Source of the DNA: Vicugna vicugna
Lineage: Eukaryota
Direction of reading: 5' to 3'
Length of the DNA: 64,000 bases
NCBI GenBank assembly: GCA_013265495.1
Contig: MU058790.1
Span: 124,001-188,000 of the forward strand
This document shows, piece after piece, positions 1 to 12,038 of this stretch. The notes beneath the pieces are model-generated. The model ran no database searches and had not been told where the DNA came from. It saw nothing but the letters and a program-made list of their open reading frames with translations. Numbering within the stretch: the first letter of the stretch is position 1; every line of letters begins with the position of its first letter. Both the position numbers and the translations under genes were made by a program.

Positions 1-1469
1 CAAGACTCAGCATATTTCCTTCCATCACAGAGAAAAAAAAAATCTGTTTCTTATTTAGTGTCTTTCAGTGGAAAAAAATACTGATCTTTTTGATTCGGGG
101 TATATCATCTGACCCTGTTGTCTGTTACAGTGCTTTATTGCACTGGTGGGAGCTATAAACTGGTTAAAAAATAAATGTACTTCATGAATCCGCTATACTG
201 ATTTAGGGAAAGAACAGGTGCAAAGAGACCAATTAAGTCTCACCCAGCTCTTAATTTCTGTGATTCTTCTAAACCATGTCTCATGAAGGACATTTCCTGA
301 TGAGTTTGAAGGACTGGAGTAAGGTATTTACCAGCATAAAATGCCTTCATTAAGTTTAGTCATTTTGCTCATCAAAAATCTGCAGCCTTATCAGAGGAAA
401 TCATTCATTGTCAAAGTTTATATGCTAATGACCCTTTTCATAGTCCAAGCACATTATAAATATTTATTCATAGGCCAGATGAGAACTGTTAAAGTGGTTA
501 ATTTTAAAACAACTTTTGTACAGGGAGAAAATAACACTGAATATGAACAAAATGAGCATTTACGTCATGGTTTCCACATAATAAAGCATTTCCTAAGCAC
601 TAGTACTAATCATGCATGTTGATTCAACACATCATATAGGCCTGGTTTTTAAATGCATAATCAGATATAAACATATATAGTTTGACCTCAGTCAACCTTA
701 AGAGATGGTGGGTAGATTTCTTATGGCGACAGTCATCATTATATTCCATCCTCCTTAGGTAAAGACATGGATGACACAGATGTTGAACACAGCGCTGAAG
801 CAGCATGATTAAGCACATTTCTTCTTCCTTTATTCCAAGGTATAAGAATTAATAATTGGCCCTGACTAAAATGTTCAAGGCTCAACTGTCTCCTTGCAGA
901 CACAGACAAGAATGTGGAGAAAAATAAAAGCTTTTTATAGAGGGTTTTTTGCCTACATAGTCTTCATTCTGTTTCAGCCCTAGTTAATGTTGGATGGAGT
1001 GTGAGATTCAGAGCCTGGAGATTGCCAGCCACTATGGGGAGGACATAAGGCCACTGTGGCAGGAATTTGTTCAAATGTGAAGGAGACCCTCTCTGGGGGC
1101 TTTCTACTAGAGGCTTCTCTCCTGGAGTCATTTTGGAATTCGGCTTTTAGCTATTTCTTTTAGAAATCATCACAAAATGAAGAAAGCTATGGTTTCCTTT
1201 GGTTCTTTGTTGACTAACAGTTCAATACAGCTGAACACTTGAATTGATCCAACTCATCTGCCTTTTCTCTACCTACATCCAGGCTGGTGGGGAAGTCCTT
1301 CAGTGAACAGAGGGGACCTCTGAAACTCCGTGGTCTCTATCCACAGTGGGGTTTTCGGAACAGCAGGGAAAACCTCTGGATAGTTCTCTGGTCTCCTCAG
1401 CTCTGGTTCTCTCCCATGGCCGTTACAAACATTCTCCCACTCACCATTCTAACAACTTGATGTTTGGCC

Positions 1470-1618
1470 TTTTTTTCTTTTTCTTTTTTTCAATTGAAGT
1501 ATAGTCACTTTACAATGTTGTGTCAATTTCTGGTGTACAGTATAATAGTTCAATCATACATATACATACATATATTCATTTTCATATTCTTTTTCATTAT
1601 AGGTTACTAGAAGATATT
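1470..1618 (-). mobile_element. L1 3' end fragment (poly-T then 3' UTR), fused to a truncated LTR
   Basis: T-rich tail followed by 'caattgaagtatagtc...tacaatgttgtgtcaatttctggtgtacag...ttttcatattctttttcattataggttac', homologous to the L1 3' ends at 11620 and 23866. Confidence 0.85.
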
Positions 1619-1838
1619 CATTAACTTGAGATGTCTGTTTTTTCTTTAAGCAGTAATCTTTTGATGTTCGACTACCTGTTTGTTTGTTTTTTTCAAGAAC
1701 TCTTATACATCCTGGCTCCTCCCTTACCTCTTGGGATCAGTCCCCCAGAGCTATCTTAGAGACTGTATCATGAGTTTGATTTCTAAGTACTGCCCCAAAT
1801 AAAACATAACATTTAGGTTGCATTGTTTTCAATTGACA
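1616..1838 (+). mobile_element. 5' LTR of the left ERV (3' half only)
   Basis: Aligns to ~6978-7221 ('ttaactt.agatgtctg...cagagctatct...tgccccaaat.aaacataa'), contains AATAAA at ~1798 and ends in 'tgaca'. Confidence 0.85.
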
Positions 1839-2166
1839 GTTGACCAATCTAAGGACCCCAAGCAGACTTCTCTCCTTCACCTGAACTCCACAAGGAACCT
1901 GAGCCTTGGTACCAGCAGAGGCCTCTCATGCCCACTGGCCTCCTCAGAGAGTCCAGATGAATTTAGGTGAGTCTCTCCTGGTTCTCAGATCTCCTGATTA
2001 TTGGCTGATGATCCTGAGTTTTATTTGGTGGTGTATAACAGGTGCCTGCCTCCCCAGTTGAAAGACACTGAGACCACTGGACTAGGTAGGATTAGGTGAG
2101 AGGCTGGTCTAACATCTTTCCTAAATGAGGGGCATCAAAAGGCCAGCCTCCAACTAACACTCCAGC

Positions 2167-2307
2167 TGTTGCCAAACACAAGTTTATGTGCCTGACACAC
2201 AGTGAGGCCAAACAAACCAAAACGGTAGAATTTGGAGCAAAGAAAGGTTTATTGCAGGGTCAAGCAAGGAGAACAGATGGGTTGTGCTCAAAAACCCTGA
2301 ACTCTCT
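2167..2307 (-). mobile_element. Fragment of a second LTR family nested in the ERV internal region
   Basis: 'acagtgaggccaaacaaac...tttggagca...tttattgcagg...aaggagaaca...ttgtgctcaaaaa' matches 20638-20765. Confidence 0.75.
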
Positions 2308-2912
2308 GTTAGTGCTTTGAATCATTATTAAGAAATATCCCAGCCAGACGATATGGATCCTTTAAATTGGAGAAACTTCTAAATTTGGTAAATTTTTATA
2401 GAGCTCTCATTATGACAGCAATTTCATTGGTACCAAGCTAAAAACCAAGTTAGGTGAGAAAAATATGTATATACCATGGTTAACCTAAGAACTCCCTTAG
2501 TTTAAAACAACCACACACACATACAAAAAAGAAAGACAAAACAAAAAAACAGTTTGGGAAGCTTTATTTGTGGTCTCTGCTTTCCCTCAATAGGTCATAC
2601 AGATACTAATAAAAATATTAGGATAATTAATATTAATTAGGTCCATTAACAGGGAAGTAAGAAAAAATTGAAGGAAAGTCTGGAGACTTCTTCCCAACAA
2701 GGTGGAAATTTTAAAAGGACTCATCCCAAATGGATACAGAAATCTTTAGATGGTTATTTTAAAATGGAATAAATAAAACAGACATTAATGGGTTTGAAAC
2801 AAAAGGTTTTGATACAACACACCCTAAAGTTGGGTGGCCCAATGGGACCCCTTTATGGTCCCCAACATTAAAAAGGGCCCCAAACAAGTCTGCTCTTTTA
2901 CCCCAGCTTAAC

Positions 2913-2936
2913 GTGTGTGTGTGTGTGTGTGTGTGT
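2913..2936. repeat. (GT)n microsatellite followed by AT-rich low-complexity sequence
   Basis: Directly visible gtgtgt run. Confidence 0.95.
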
Positions 2937-4211
2937 ATACATTTTATATGTATGTATATATAGCTGAAAGAAAATTTAAATGTATTTAAATTATATATGT
3001 ATTTAAATATATATATTTAAAGGGCTGGAAGAAAACTACACTGAGATACCTGACCAGAAAATATTTGGGGCAACAGGCCAATTAATGAAGTTTAAAAAAA
3101 TTAACAAAAGGGTCTGAGTCCCTTGTCTCAACCGTCACTAGGGATCCTAAGACCTTTTTTACAAAAATAAATAAAATGGTCAGGATGAAAAGAAAGATTT
3201 CTGCACTCCTTAGAAGAACAAGTTTTGCTGATTCAGTCCTAATAGAAACTAAAATGAAAGGTATAAAATTTGATAGAATTAGATGAAAATTTATAAAAAT
3301 TAGTATATTTAAGTGGGCTTTATATAAGATAGTTACATCTCTTTTGCCTAATTATATTGTGGGATAGACAGGTCTCACTGGGGAACCATTCCACTGCCTG
3401 GTATTATAAGACAGGGCATATGAATCTGCCCCTCAGGAAATATTAAACAAACTAAGGTAACCAACAGGATTACCTGAGTCCACACAATATAAAATAAAAA
3501 CTAGAAGTTAATATTCAAGGACTAATAAAAAACAATAGAGTTGTTTTTTTTTTTTTCTTTGGGTTTAACCTGTGCACTCAAAAAGAGGGCCTCTGTTGAA
3601 TGCCTTGTGCAAACTTTTGAAGGCATGATAAATTGAACCCTAAAGTTCTAGAACATGGAACTCTTGAATTTCAGTTTAGTTGGAGATCATCTCACTGATA
3701 TAAAAGAAAATTAAGAAAACTATAGTTGGGCAAATCAATATTTTAGTATCATTTAGGAGGCAGACCAGATCTATGGAGAGTTAAAAGCAACTGTCTTTGT
3801 CTTGCAAATCTGTACAAATCAGAAATGTAAATACAGCCCACAGTGACCTGAGCCTGAGCCTAATTTGCCCAATCAGAGCTAGTTTCTATTAGGAAAAAAA
3901 AAGGAGGCAGAAGAAAGGGCTTTTAAAACTCAAACCACCAGAAAGGCTCCCTCATTCAAAATCTAATTCACAGCTTCCTTAAAGATTTATTAAGTGCAAA
4001 TACAAATCTTAAAAGTCTTCTCCACAAATAGTAAATCCAACAAATAGTTATTCCAACAGTTTTAAAGTGAAGCTGTGAGATTTCTTATGTCTCTTTATAT
4101 GTCTGTGTACATACTATATATGAGAGCTTTACCTCCAGAAACTACTATCAAAATTAAATGTATAACTCTGTTTAATTGACTTAATAGTAAGCACTTATAA
4201 GTTAAATCATA

Positions 4212-6138
4212 CTAAACATGAAAGAAACTGGCCAGAATGAATTTCAGGTTCACGTGATCTAGGAAATATTCAATATTAAGTTAATACCTGGTATTAAAGC
4301 TAGCTTCAGCTTGTTGGTTTAATCAACACAGACTTTTATTGTACCTAGGTTTTCTAGCAGTCAGTAAGTTCATGTTATTTCCGGTTCAGAGTTGGCAGCA
4401 AGAAAAAAATTAACTTGATATGAAGGTATTTTCATAAGTTGTAAAATAGAGGTAAATAAGAGTTTTCAGGTGAACTCTTTAGGAAAAGTATGTTTTAGGG
4501 ATGTCTGTCTAAAATACTTTCTCCAGATTTCTGGTGACTTAAAACTTTAGAGTTTTGCTAAATTAAGTTAAATGATGGGAATTCCTTGAATATCCAGGTC
4601 CTTCCAAATAGAATAAAATAGTAGAACATTAATTGCTAAGCAGATCTAAGTTGACCCACTTTTGTCTTGCTACCAGAGGAAAACTAAAGAAGTCTGGGCT
4701 TTATTCAACATGTCTTGAAGCACATGGAGAGAAGGAATTATGCTATGAGAAGGGGTATGTTTCTAGGGGTTATGGAATATTCCAAAGTTTGCCGACCAGG
4801 AAACGCTGGTATGACAAACAGTTCACAATTACTTGCTGCTTGTCGGTTTTCACTAGAGATTAAGGTTTTACGGGTTAAAACTGGAATAGGTAATTAAAAC
4901 TACTAGAAATAACAAGGGAACCATTTCACTACGCACGGAAAGTAGGGTGTGTGTTTTCAGCAGAAGGAGGTATGAGGAATTGAAATACATTTTGTTAAGG
5001 GGCAAGAGTGATTCTGTCCTAGAGCTGGTTGTTTCTGGATGGAAAAATAAGGGGCAAATTAATATGGATGCAGAGAGTTGCGGGAGTTTTGTAGAAAGGG
5101 AGCCCTGAAAAAGGAGTTTTGTGCATGGTCAGCCTGAGATGAGATTAAGTTTAATTAAGTAAGTGGATTTTGTTATTAAAAGTAGGCTGGTGCAGGACTG
5201 GATTTGGTTCCTCTCTCAAGAGAAGAAAGTTTTCTTGGACAACTGCTTTTGATAACAGGTTGTATGCGTTTCTTTGCTGTTAAGTTATCTGTATTTGCTT
5301 TTGAAATCTTTTGCCACTTTGGTTAAGTGAATGAGTACTGTGTCACAGTGACCTATGATCCTATTTGACCAAGTGTTTAAGTGTTTTGAAAATTTTATCT
5401 GTTTTTAAAAATTGGAAACCTTTTTGATATTTTGACAATGTCCTAAATATCAAATTCTAACTGAAGTTCTTTTGACCCTTCAAAGAAACTGAGGCATCTC
5501 AGAGAGGAATGTTAAATTAATTAGGCATACTTGGTGTGTTGAATTACTTGAGAAGCACTGTGAACTAATTGGAGATAAACCTTCTTAGGTTATTCTGTAT
5601 GGGTAAATATCATTAATATAGATAATCCAAAATTTATATGGAAGTCCTAAAATTCTGACATGTCTTGGCACAAAGTCATCAGTCATAATTCTAGGTACTA
5701 TCTTAAAATATGTCACAGAAATATCCAAGTTTCTTGTCAATGGCATTGTAAGCAGATCTTTAACCATGCCATTTTAAGTCTTTTGTCATTTATAGACAAT
5801 CATTGTTGGCTCTGATGCTTTTATGAAATGAAGATCTTCAAGAAGATTCATAAAAAAGAACATTTTGACAAATAAGTTCCTGAAACTTTTAGATCATACC
5901 ATTGAAGTGGTTAAGAAGTTACAAAACTAGAGGAAAACCTGATCACTTCGTCCACATCAGCAAGAATTAGTTGACATGGGACTGAATGAACTGATAAACA
6001 TGATTCATAATATTATGATTTTTTTCTGAAATATATTGGCTTTTAATCTTTGTTTTCCATAAAACCTTTCCTCTTATGCTAACTATGACCTACAACAGGT
6101 TGTTAAGGTATACCTTTTTTAACGAAGATGAAACATTT
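4212..6138 (+). repeat. Left arm 1 of near-identical inverted repeat (partner 56623-58548)
   Basis: Reverse-complement match. Paired coordinates sum to 62760, then 62761 after a 1-bp indel. Three ORF-track peptides are identical on opposite strands. Confidence 0.97.
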
Positions 6139-6446
6139 ATCTTTTTCTCTCTACCTGATCCTTCCGGAATTTGGCTTCTCCAGCTGACTCCCCTGTGGAC
6201 TTGATAGCTTATTGCGAACAGATTACAACGTTACACTAATCACTGTTTTAATTTGTTCTCTCTTGTCATTTTCACATTATTTATGCCATGTGCCTGTCTC
6301 TGCTGTACTATGACTTAATTAGCATTACTAGCTTTATTACTTATATCCTGTCTATTTTATAAGATTGTTGTCTCTTGCATTACCCAGTGTGTAACCAGGC
6401 CTCTGACAAAATTAATGATGCCTACACCTCTTGAGGCATTATTTAT

Positions 6447-6447
6447 T

Positions 6448-6499
<52 letters not shown>
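6447..6499. repeat. (TA)n microsatellite, interrupted once
   Basis: Directly visible. Confidence 0.95.
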
Positions 6500-6500
<1 letters not shown>

Positions 6501-6817
6501 TCTGCGTTGAGTAATTATAATAGTGCAACTCCTGATATGGGAAGAAATGACAAGGGAAAACACTTTCTAGATCGTAACAGACTAGTAAGACAGGTGATCC
6601 AGAGAATTTTAGATTATCAACAGGACCTGATCCAAAAGTTAGCACATTGAGTGGCCCATCAACAGAATCTTCGCCTCATCTGGGAAGGAGCCTTCCTAGC
6701 ACCATGGGACAAAATTGGTCATGAAATGCCTCCCAAACTTTGTTCGAATTAATGACCAAGAGGAGGTGCTGTTGACAAAGCATGTCACCTACCATTTCAG
6801 TAAACAAAGGATGTTGC
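6501..6817 (+). repeat. Left arm 2 of near-identical inverted repeat (partner 56172-56488)
   Basis: Reverse-complement match, coordinate sum 62989 at both ends, 4 substitutions seen in 317 bp. Confidence 0.95.
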
Positions 6818-7221
6818 CATCATCAAGCCATCATCAGCCACCATGGATAGTACACCCTGAGGGGATCCACGGTGGAGACAGACAGGATACTGGCCCTAAA
6901 TAGTTAAGGTGCACATGAAAGGAATGATATTAATAAGCCCAGACTCTTGCATCTTCCAATAGAGAGAAAAGCACTAAATTTATTAACTTAAGATGTCTGT
7001 GTTTTCTTTAAATAGGCATAATCTTTTGAAGTTTGAGTCCCTGAGTTTTTGTTTTTGTTTGTTTGCAAAAAACTCCCGTATATCCTGGCACCTACCTTAC
7101 TTCTTTGGAACAGTCCCTCAGAGCTATCTGAAAAGCTATCTCAGGGCCTTACATCCTCAGTAATGCCCCAAATGAAACATAATTCTCAACTTTAAGGTTG
7201 TGCATATTTTTTCAATATACA
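6770..7221 (+). mobile_element. 3' LTR of the left ERV
   Basis: TG...CA ends (tgttgaca...tataca), ~450 bp, homologous to four other LTR copies in the window. Confidence 0.9.
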
Positions 7222-8554
7222 GGAGCAAGGAACTGGTTTATCCTGCTCCCTGTGTACTTGTAGAGCTGAGATCAATGGCTGATTCAATAAATGTTTTTGT
7301 TTTAAAATTAATGAATGAGAGCTAAGAGGGTTATGTGTTTGGGCAGAGTTATATTATGAAACCCAGAGTTTTTTATGGTTCAGTTTTAATAATTTTTTTC
7401 CTTTTGAAGTCCCCTATTATAGTCTATACTGATAGGTAGTCTTTCTTCAACTAAGTGGTGCTATTGAAATACTTATTTGTAGTTGCTTGTTTACTTTTAC
7501 ATCAGCACAGTCTCTGTCCCTGACTAGTTGTCAAGTTTATGGCATTTATACTGTGTTTTGCTAACAAGAGACTGCTAATGTGTAAATTTCCCAGTGAGTT
7601 ATTTATCAGAAAGTTACATAATAAAACTCAATGTGAAAAGGAGAAGCTGCCTAAGAAAATATTTTGATAGAATTATACTTATTTATTCTATTGTATTTAT
7701 TAGAGCCTTGCATATAACATGTTAGATACCAATGACATGGTTGAACAAAGCGTGCTTCCCCCAAAAGAAAAGCATTCATCCATTTATATATAAAATTAAA
7801 ATGAAGGTACAAAAGGTCAACTTCAAAACAGAGTATGCCATCAATTAAAAAAAAAACTATTTAAGGCCTATCATTTAAAGGTTATATTTGAGGTCCAGAT
7901 AAAATCAATTATCCACTTCCAGCTATCACATTTCACATTGTGAATCTCTCTTGAAGAGGAGTAGAAGAAAAAAGCAGAATAAAATCTGTTTCTGTGTTAC
8001 CTTTCATCTAAGTAGCCTAAAACAAATTTTGGTATTATGTCTTTGGCTAGTATACCATGATTTTAAAAACTGTAGAATAAAATTAATACATATTTTTATT
8101 TAAAATAAGTATTTCAACCATAGTGGGCTGGTATATGCTAACACTAGCCTGGACTTTGAGGGATGGGGGAAGAAGGGAAGGAAGTTCATGCTTTAGCTGA
8201 GGTGACATTTAGATGAAAGGTAGATATAACCAGGCCAAGAAAGGTGAAATTGCCAGGAAGGAAAAAACAGAATGTTCAAAAGCATGGAAGCATGAGAAAA
8301 TACAATGCATGTGGAAAACTAGAAATGTTTGCATTTGACTAGGAAAAGGGTACATGTTGAGATGTAAAAGAGTCCTTAATATATAGAGGGTAGATCACCC
8401 AGGGATGTATGCAGAGTGAGGAGAAGAAAGGTACACAGAGGTTCAAACACTAGAGAATACTCACATCCAAGGAATGGGCCAGAAGAGACCCCCTAAAAAG
8501 ATAGAGAACAATTATGAAAGAAGTGAAATCACACACACAAAAATCCCCAAAGTA

Positions 8555-8965
8555 ACAGAATAAGTGAATTGCATTAATGACTGATTTTTTTATCCCTCCT
8601 TGTATCTACTCCTATTATTATTTTTTTCTACTCCTATTATTATGTACACTTTAATTGTCTGCCTTTTCTGACTCTAGGCTTGATCACATAACATGCTTTA
8701 GCCAGTGGAATGTTGGCAGATGTGATAGAGATTTGAAAAGAAGCTTGTACAATTGGGCCTGTACTCTTGTATCTCTGCTGTGAGAAGGACTAGTCTGAGT
8801 AGCTCACTGGTCATAATAGAAAAATAAACTATCCCCAACCAGATCCAGCCTTGATCAAACAGCCTCCATTTGACCCACAGACTTGTGTTAAAATAACTAA
8901 TCATTGATGTATTAAGTCATTGAGTTTTGGGGTGGATTGTTATGCAGCAATAGCTGATTAATACA
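8555..8965 (+). mobile_element. MaLR (MLT1-type) LTR interrupting an L2 remnant
   Basis: MLT1-type 3' end 'taagtcattgagttttggggtggattgttatgcagcaatagctgattaataca'. Confidence 0.7.
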
Positions 8966-9865
8966 TGGAGTTTCAAAAAGTGATCAGTGGTGTGGAAAGC
9001 CAGAGAAAGAAAAGAAGGATTGAAAATATTACATTGACTTATGCAATTAGAAGGTTTCTGTTGATCTTAGTCAGGGCAGCTTCAGAAGTGGTGGATTCAG
9101 GCCCACAACTGCAGAGGATTTGAAGAGTGTAAGGATATATTCAATCTACCATTTTATGGAAACAGACCACAAATGTAGTGTGGAGAGATAGAGGGCAATA
9201 GCTAGTGGATATCGATAAAGGGAAAGGTGCTATATGAAGATGGTAGAGATGTGAGTACCTTTATATGCTTAGGAGACAGAACCAGCAAAGAGGGAGTGGT
9301 TGAAAATACAGAAGAAGGGAGAATGACTTATGCAGAGTGGTCCCTGAGCATGTGGAAGGAGAGGACCACTAGGACAAAAGAAGAGGAAATTGCCTTGGTT
9401 AGAAGAAGCAGTCCTTCTACACTAAGCTGAGAAGATAAAATAAGTGTTGGCATAGATAAAGTTAAGTTCCCAGAAAAGAAGGGAAAAGAGAAAAAAAAGT
9501 GAAACAGGGAGTCCCCATATGGCCTCTATATAACATACGAAAGAATGCTGATGAGGGAACTTTGCAAAGCCACACTGCAAACAGCGAGGAGGTGGTAAAC
9601 ATTAATTGCTGCTAGTAGGTGAAGACAGGGGAGCCTTACTCCAGTATTGGGTAAAGCTCAGGATTCTTTACCAACTAAAGCTGAAGATGATAAGTTCACG
9701 ATGGTAAGAACACGTGCTTTAATGATTTCTCTAGTTAAGCTTTGTGATTCAGGTCTAGGAGTAGGTGGGTAGTTGGAGGGATTCTAGTTTGGAATGTTGC
9801 AGTGTAGTGTGATTGAAGGCAAGATGTATTAAATACATAAGGATCAAATAGGGAAGGAAGTTGTA

Positions 9866-10350
9866 ACAGTACAACTGTACTATATAGCCATGAGCAATAG
9901 AAAGCCTTACTGTATGGATTAGCTTAAATAAGTAAGAAATTTTTCTCATACAACAAAAATCCTGAATAAGGGACTAGGGTCATGTTGTAACTCCATAGTA
10001 TCACCATTGTAACATTAGTATATCATCTTTTTCATCCTTGTCACATAGCTTTGATCTTTGTGGTTGCAGTTTAGTTGCTGAACAAGTACATTATCATCAC
10101 ATCTGAGTTCCAGGCAGGAAGGAGGAGGAAGAAGTCAAGGACTTTCTCTTAATGAGGTTCTCTTTGGGAAGGAAAGCTATCCAGTGGGACTTCTCCTAAC
10201 CTCTTTGGACAGAACTGTGTCACATTGCACCCCTTATTGCAAAGGAGACCAGAAGTTCAAGGTCATAATTTTCCAGCCTCTATTACACAGGGGGTTGAGG
10301 AAGAGAGGTCTGATATTAGAGTTAAGTGAGCCAATGTATAGTGTCTGCCA
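9866..10350 (-). mobile_element. Old MaLR (MLT1-type) LTR
   Basis: 'gagttccaggcaggaagg...cagtgggacttctc...ttggacagaactgtgtcacat...tgtctgccac' resembles MLT1J/K-type elements. Confidence 0.6.
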
Positions 10351-10812
10351 CGGCAGTGAGATCAAAAGGGAGCAGACATAATGTAAGAAAATGGAGGAAC
10401 CAAAGATAGAAACTTTCAATAAATTTGAAAATCAGATGTGAGAAATGGGAGGAGGCTTAGGGATATGGGAGATTAAAAATTCTGGGGTGAAGCAATTCAG
10501 GCAATAAGAGATGATTGTTGAAGAGCCACGAGGGTAAAGGTTCTTGGGATTGAGAAGGTAAAACAAAACAAAACAAAACATCGGACTAGAAAGACTCCTC
10601 CACATGGATATTGACATTTCTCAGGAGGATGGAGAGATTTGGGGTTTGAGCAAAGTAAAAAATTAGTGTTGATAATAAAGAAAACAACATCCTTTTCTGT
10701 ATATTATGTCAGTAATGAAAACAAGCCCTGTTGTACATGTTTATGAAAGACATCAGGATGAGTCCAGAGAAAATCAGATAACAGGCCCAAAAGAAAGTTA
10801 ATAGCCTTTCAC

Positions 10813-11320
10813 TGTATCAATTAGGTATTGCTAAATGTAATACTTTAAGACAATAACCATCTACAGTTTTTCAGAAGTCTATTGATTGGCTGGATGATCT
10901 GGGTTTTGCTGATTTGGGCTGGACTCAGCTTATTTCAGCTTGGCTCATTCAGACATCTCCGTTTAGATGGCACGTCAGCTGGTGGCTGGCCAGTCTAGGA
11001 TGCTCTCAGCTGGGATGACTAGGCTCTGCTCATCATGGCCTCTCATCTTCCATCAGTGTAACCTGGACTTATTCACAGCAGAGGAAAGAGTCCAAGAGAG
11101 AAAGCAGAAGTGTGCAAGGTTTCTTGCCACCTAGGCTTGGAATTGGAACAGTATCATTTCTTCTGCATTACATTGGCCAAAGCAAGGCACAAGTTGGCCC
11201 ACATTCAAAGGGTGGGGGATAGGACTCCACCTCTTGGTGGAAGGAGCTAAAATATCATAATGTAAGGGATGTAGATATGGGAGGGGAAGAATCAGAGCCA
11301 TTTCTGTTATCAATCTACCA
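10813..11320 (-). mobile_element. MaLR (MLT1-type) LTR
   Basis: 'tgtatcaattagg...cattggccaaagcaaggcacaag...cattcaaaggg...actccacctcttggtggaaggagc...caatctaccaca'. Confidence 0.7.
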
Positions 11321-11589
11321 CATTGTTTATTTTCTTGAGTCATTTGTTGAAATTTAAGATACAAGTCTGATTATATCAACTTCATGGAAATAAGCATAAT
11401 TGCTTACAATTTGACTACTTGGCTTCTCTTAGATTACTTAGATGGGATGATTTGAAATGTCAGTAGTTAGTAGTCATAAATATGAATGGACATAAGCTAC
11501 TTAGAAGTTTGAATAGTTCTTTTTATTCTTGTTGAACTGCTAACCCTAGGAGCTACTATGCGTTTTGAGCTCTTTTGCCCCTTCTTCCT

Positions 11590-12038
11590 TCCTTCTTTAC
11601 TTCTTTCCTTCCTTCATTTTTTTCTTTCTTTTATTGAAGTATAGTTGGTTTACAATGCTGTGTTAGTTTCAGGTGTATAGCAAAGTGATTCAGATATATA
11701 TATATATATATTCTTTTTCAGATTCTTTTCTGTTATAGGTTACTATAAGATATTGAATATAGTTCCCTATGCTATATGGTAAGACTTTGTTGTTTATCTA
11801 TTTTATAGATAGTAATGTGTATCTGTTAATCCTAAACTCCTAATTTATCCCTCCCCCATTTCCCCTTTGGTAAGTTTGTTTTCTAGGTCTGTGAGTTTGT
11901 TCCTGTTTTGTAAATAAGTTCATTTGTATCATTTTTTAGATTCCATATATAAGTGGTATTGTATGATATTTGTCTTTCTATGTCTGATTCACTTCACTTA
12001 GTATGATGATCTCTAGGACCATCCATGTTGCTACAAAT
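11590..12038 (-). mobile_element. 5'-truncated L1 (3' UTR) with pyrimidine-rich tail and internal (TA)n
   Basis: 'ttttattgaagtatagttggtttacaatg...ttcacttagtatgatgatctctaggaccatccatgttgctacaaat'. Imperfect TSD 'ccccttctt' on both sides. Confidence 0.85.

Larger units (their letters stand above)
1616..7221 (+). mobile_element. Degenerate, probably non-autonomous endogenous retrovirus (left copy): partial 5' LTR, ~4.9 kb internal region, full 3' LTR
   Basis: Direct-repeat LTRs at 1616-1838 and 6770-7221. Purine-rich tract 'aagaggagg' just before the 3' LTR. Stop-ridden gag-like and protease-like traces near 2730-2810 and 3140-3410. No pol or env ORF. Confidence 0.85.

Noticed and set aside
624..930. 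Minus-strand pyrimidine tract with AAG acceptor-like site near 893 and a 64-aa ORF
   Set aside because: No recognisable protein in the frames I checked and no convincing donor, so I cannot support an exon.
4633..5767. Three ORFs with identical twins at 56993-58127 on the opposite strand
   Set aside because: Short, two of the three with non-ATG starts, and no recognisable domains. Their identity just reflects the DNA-level inverted repeat, not protein conservation.
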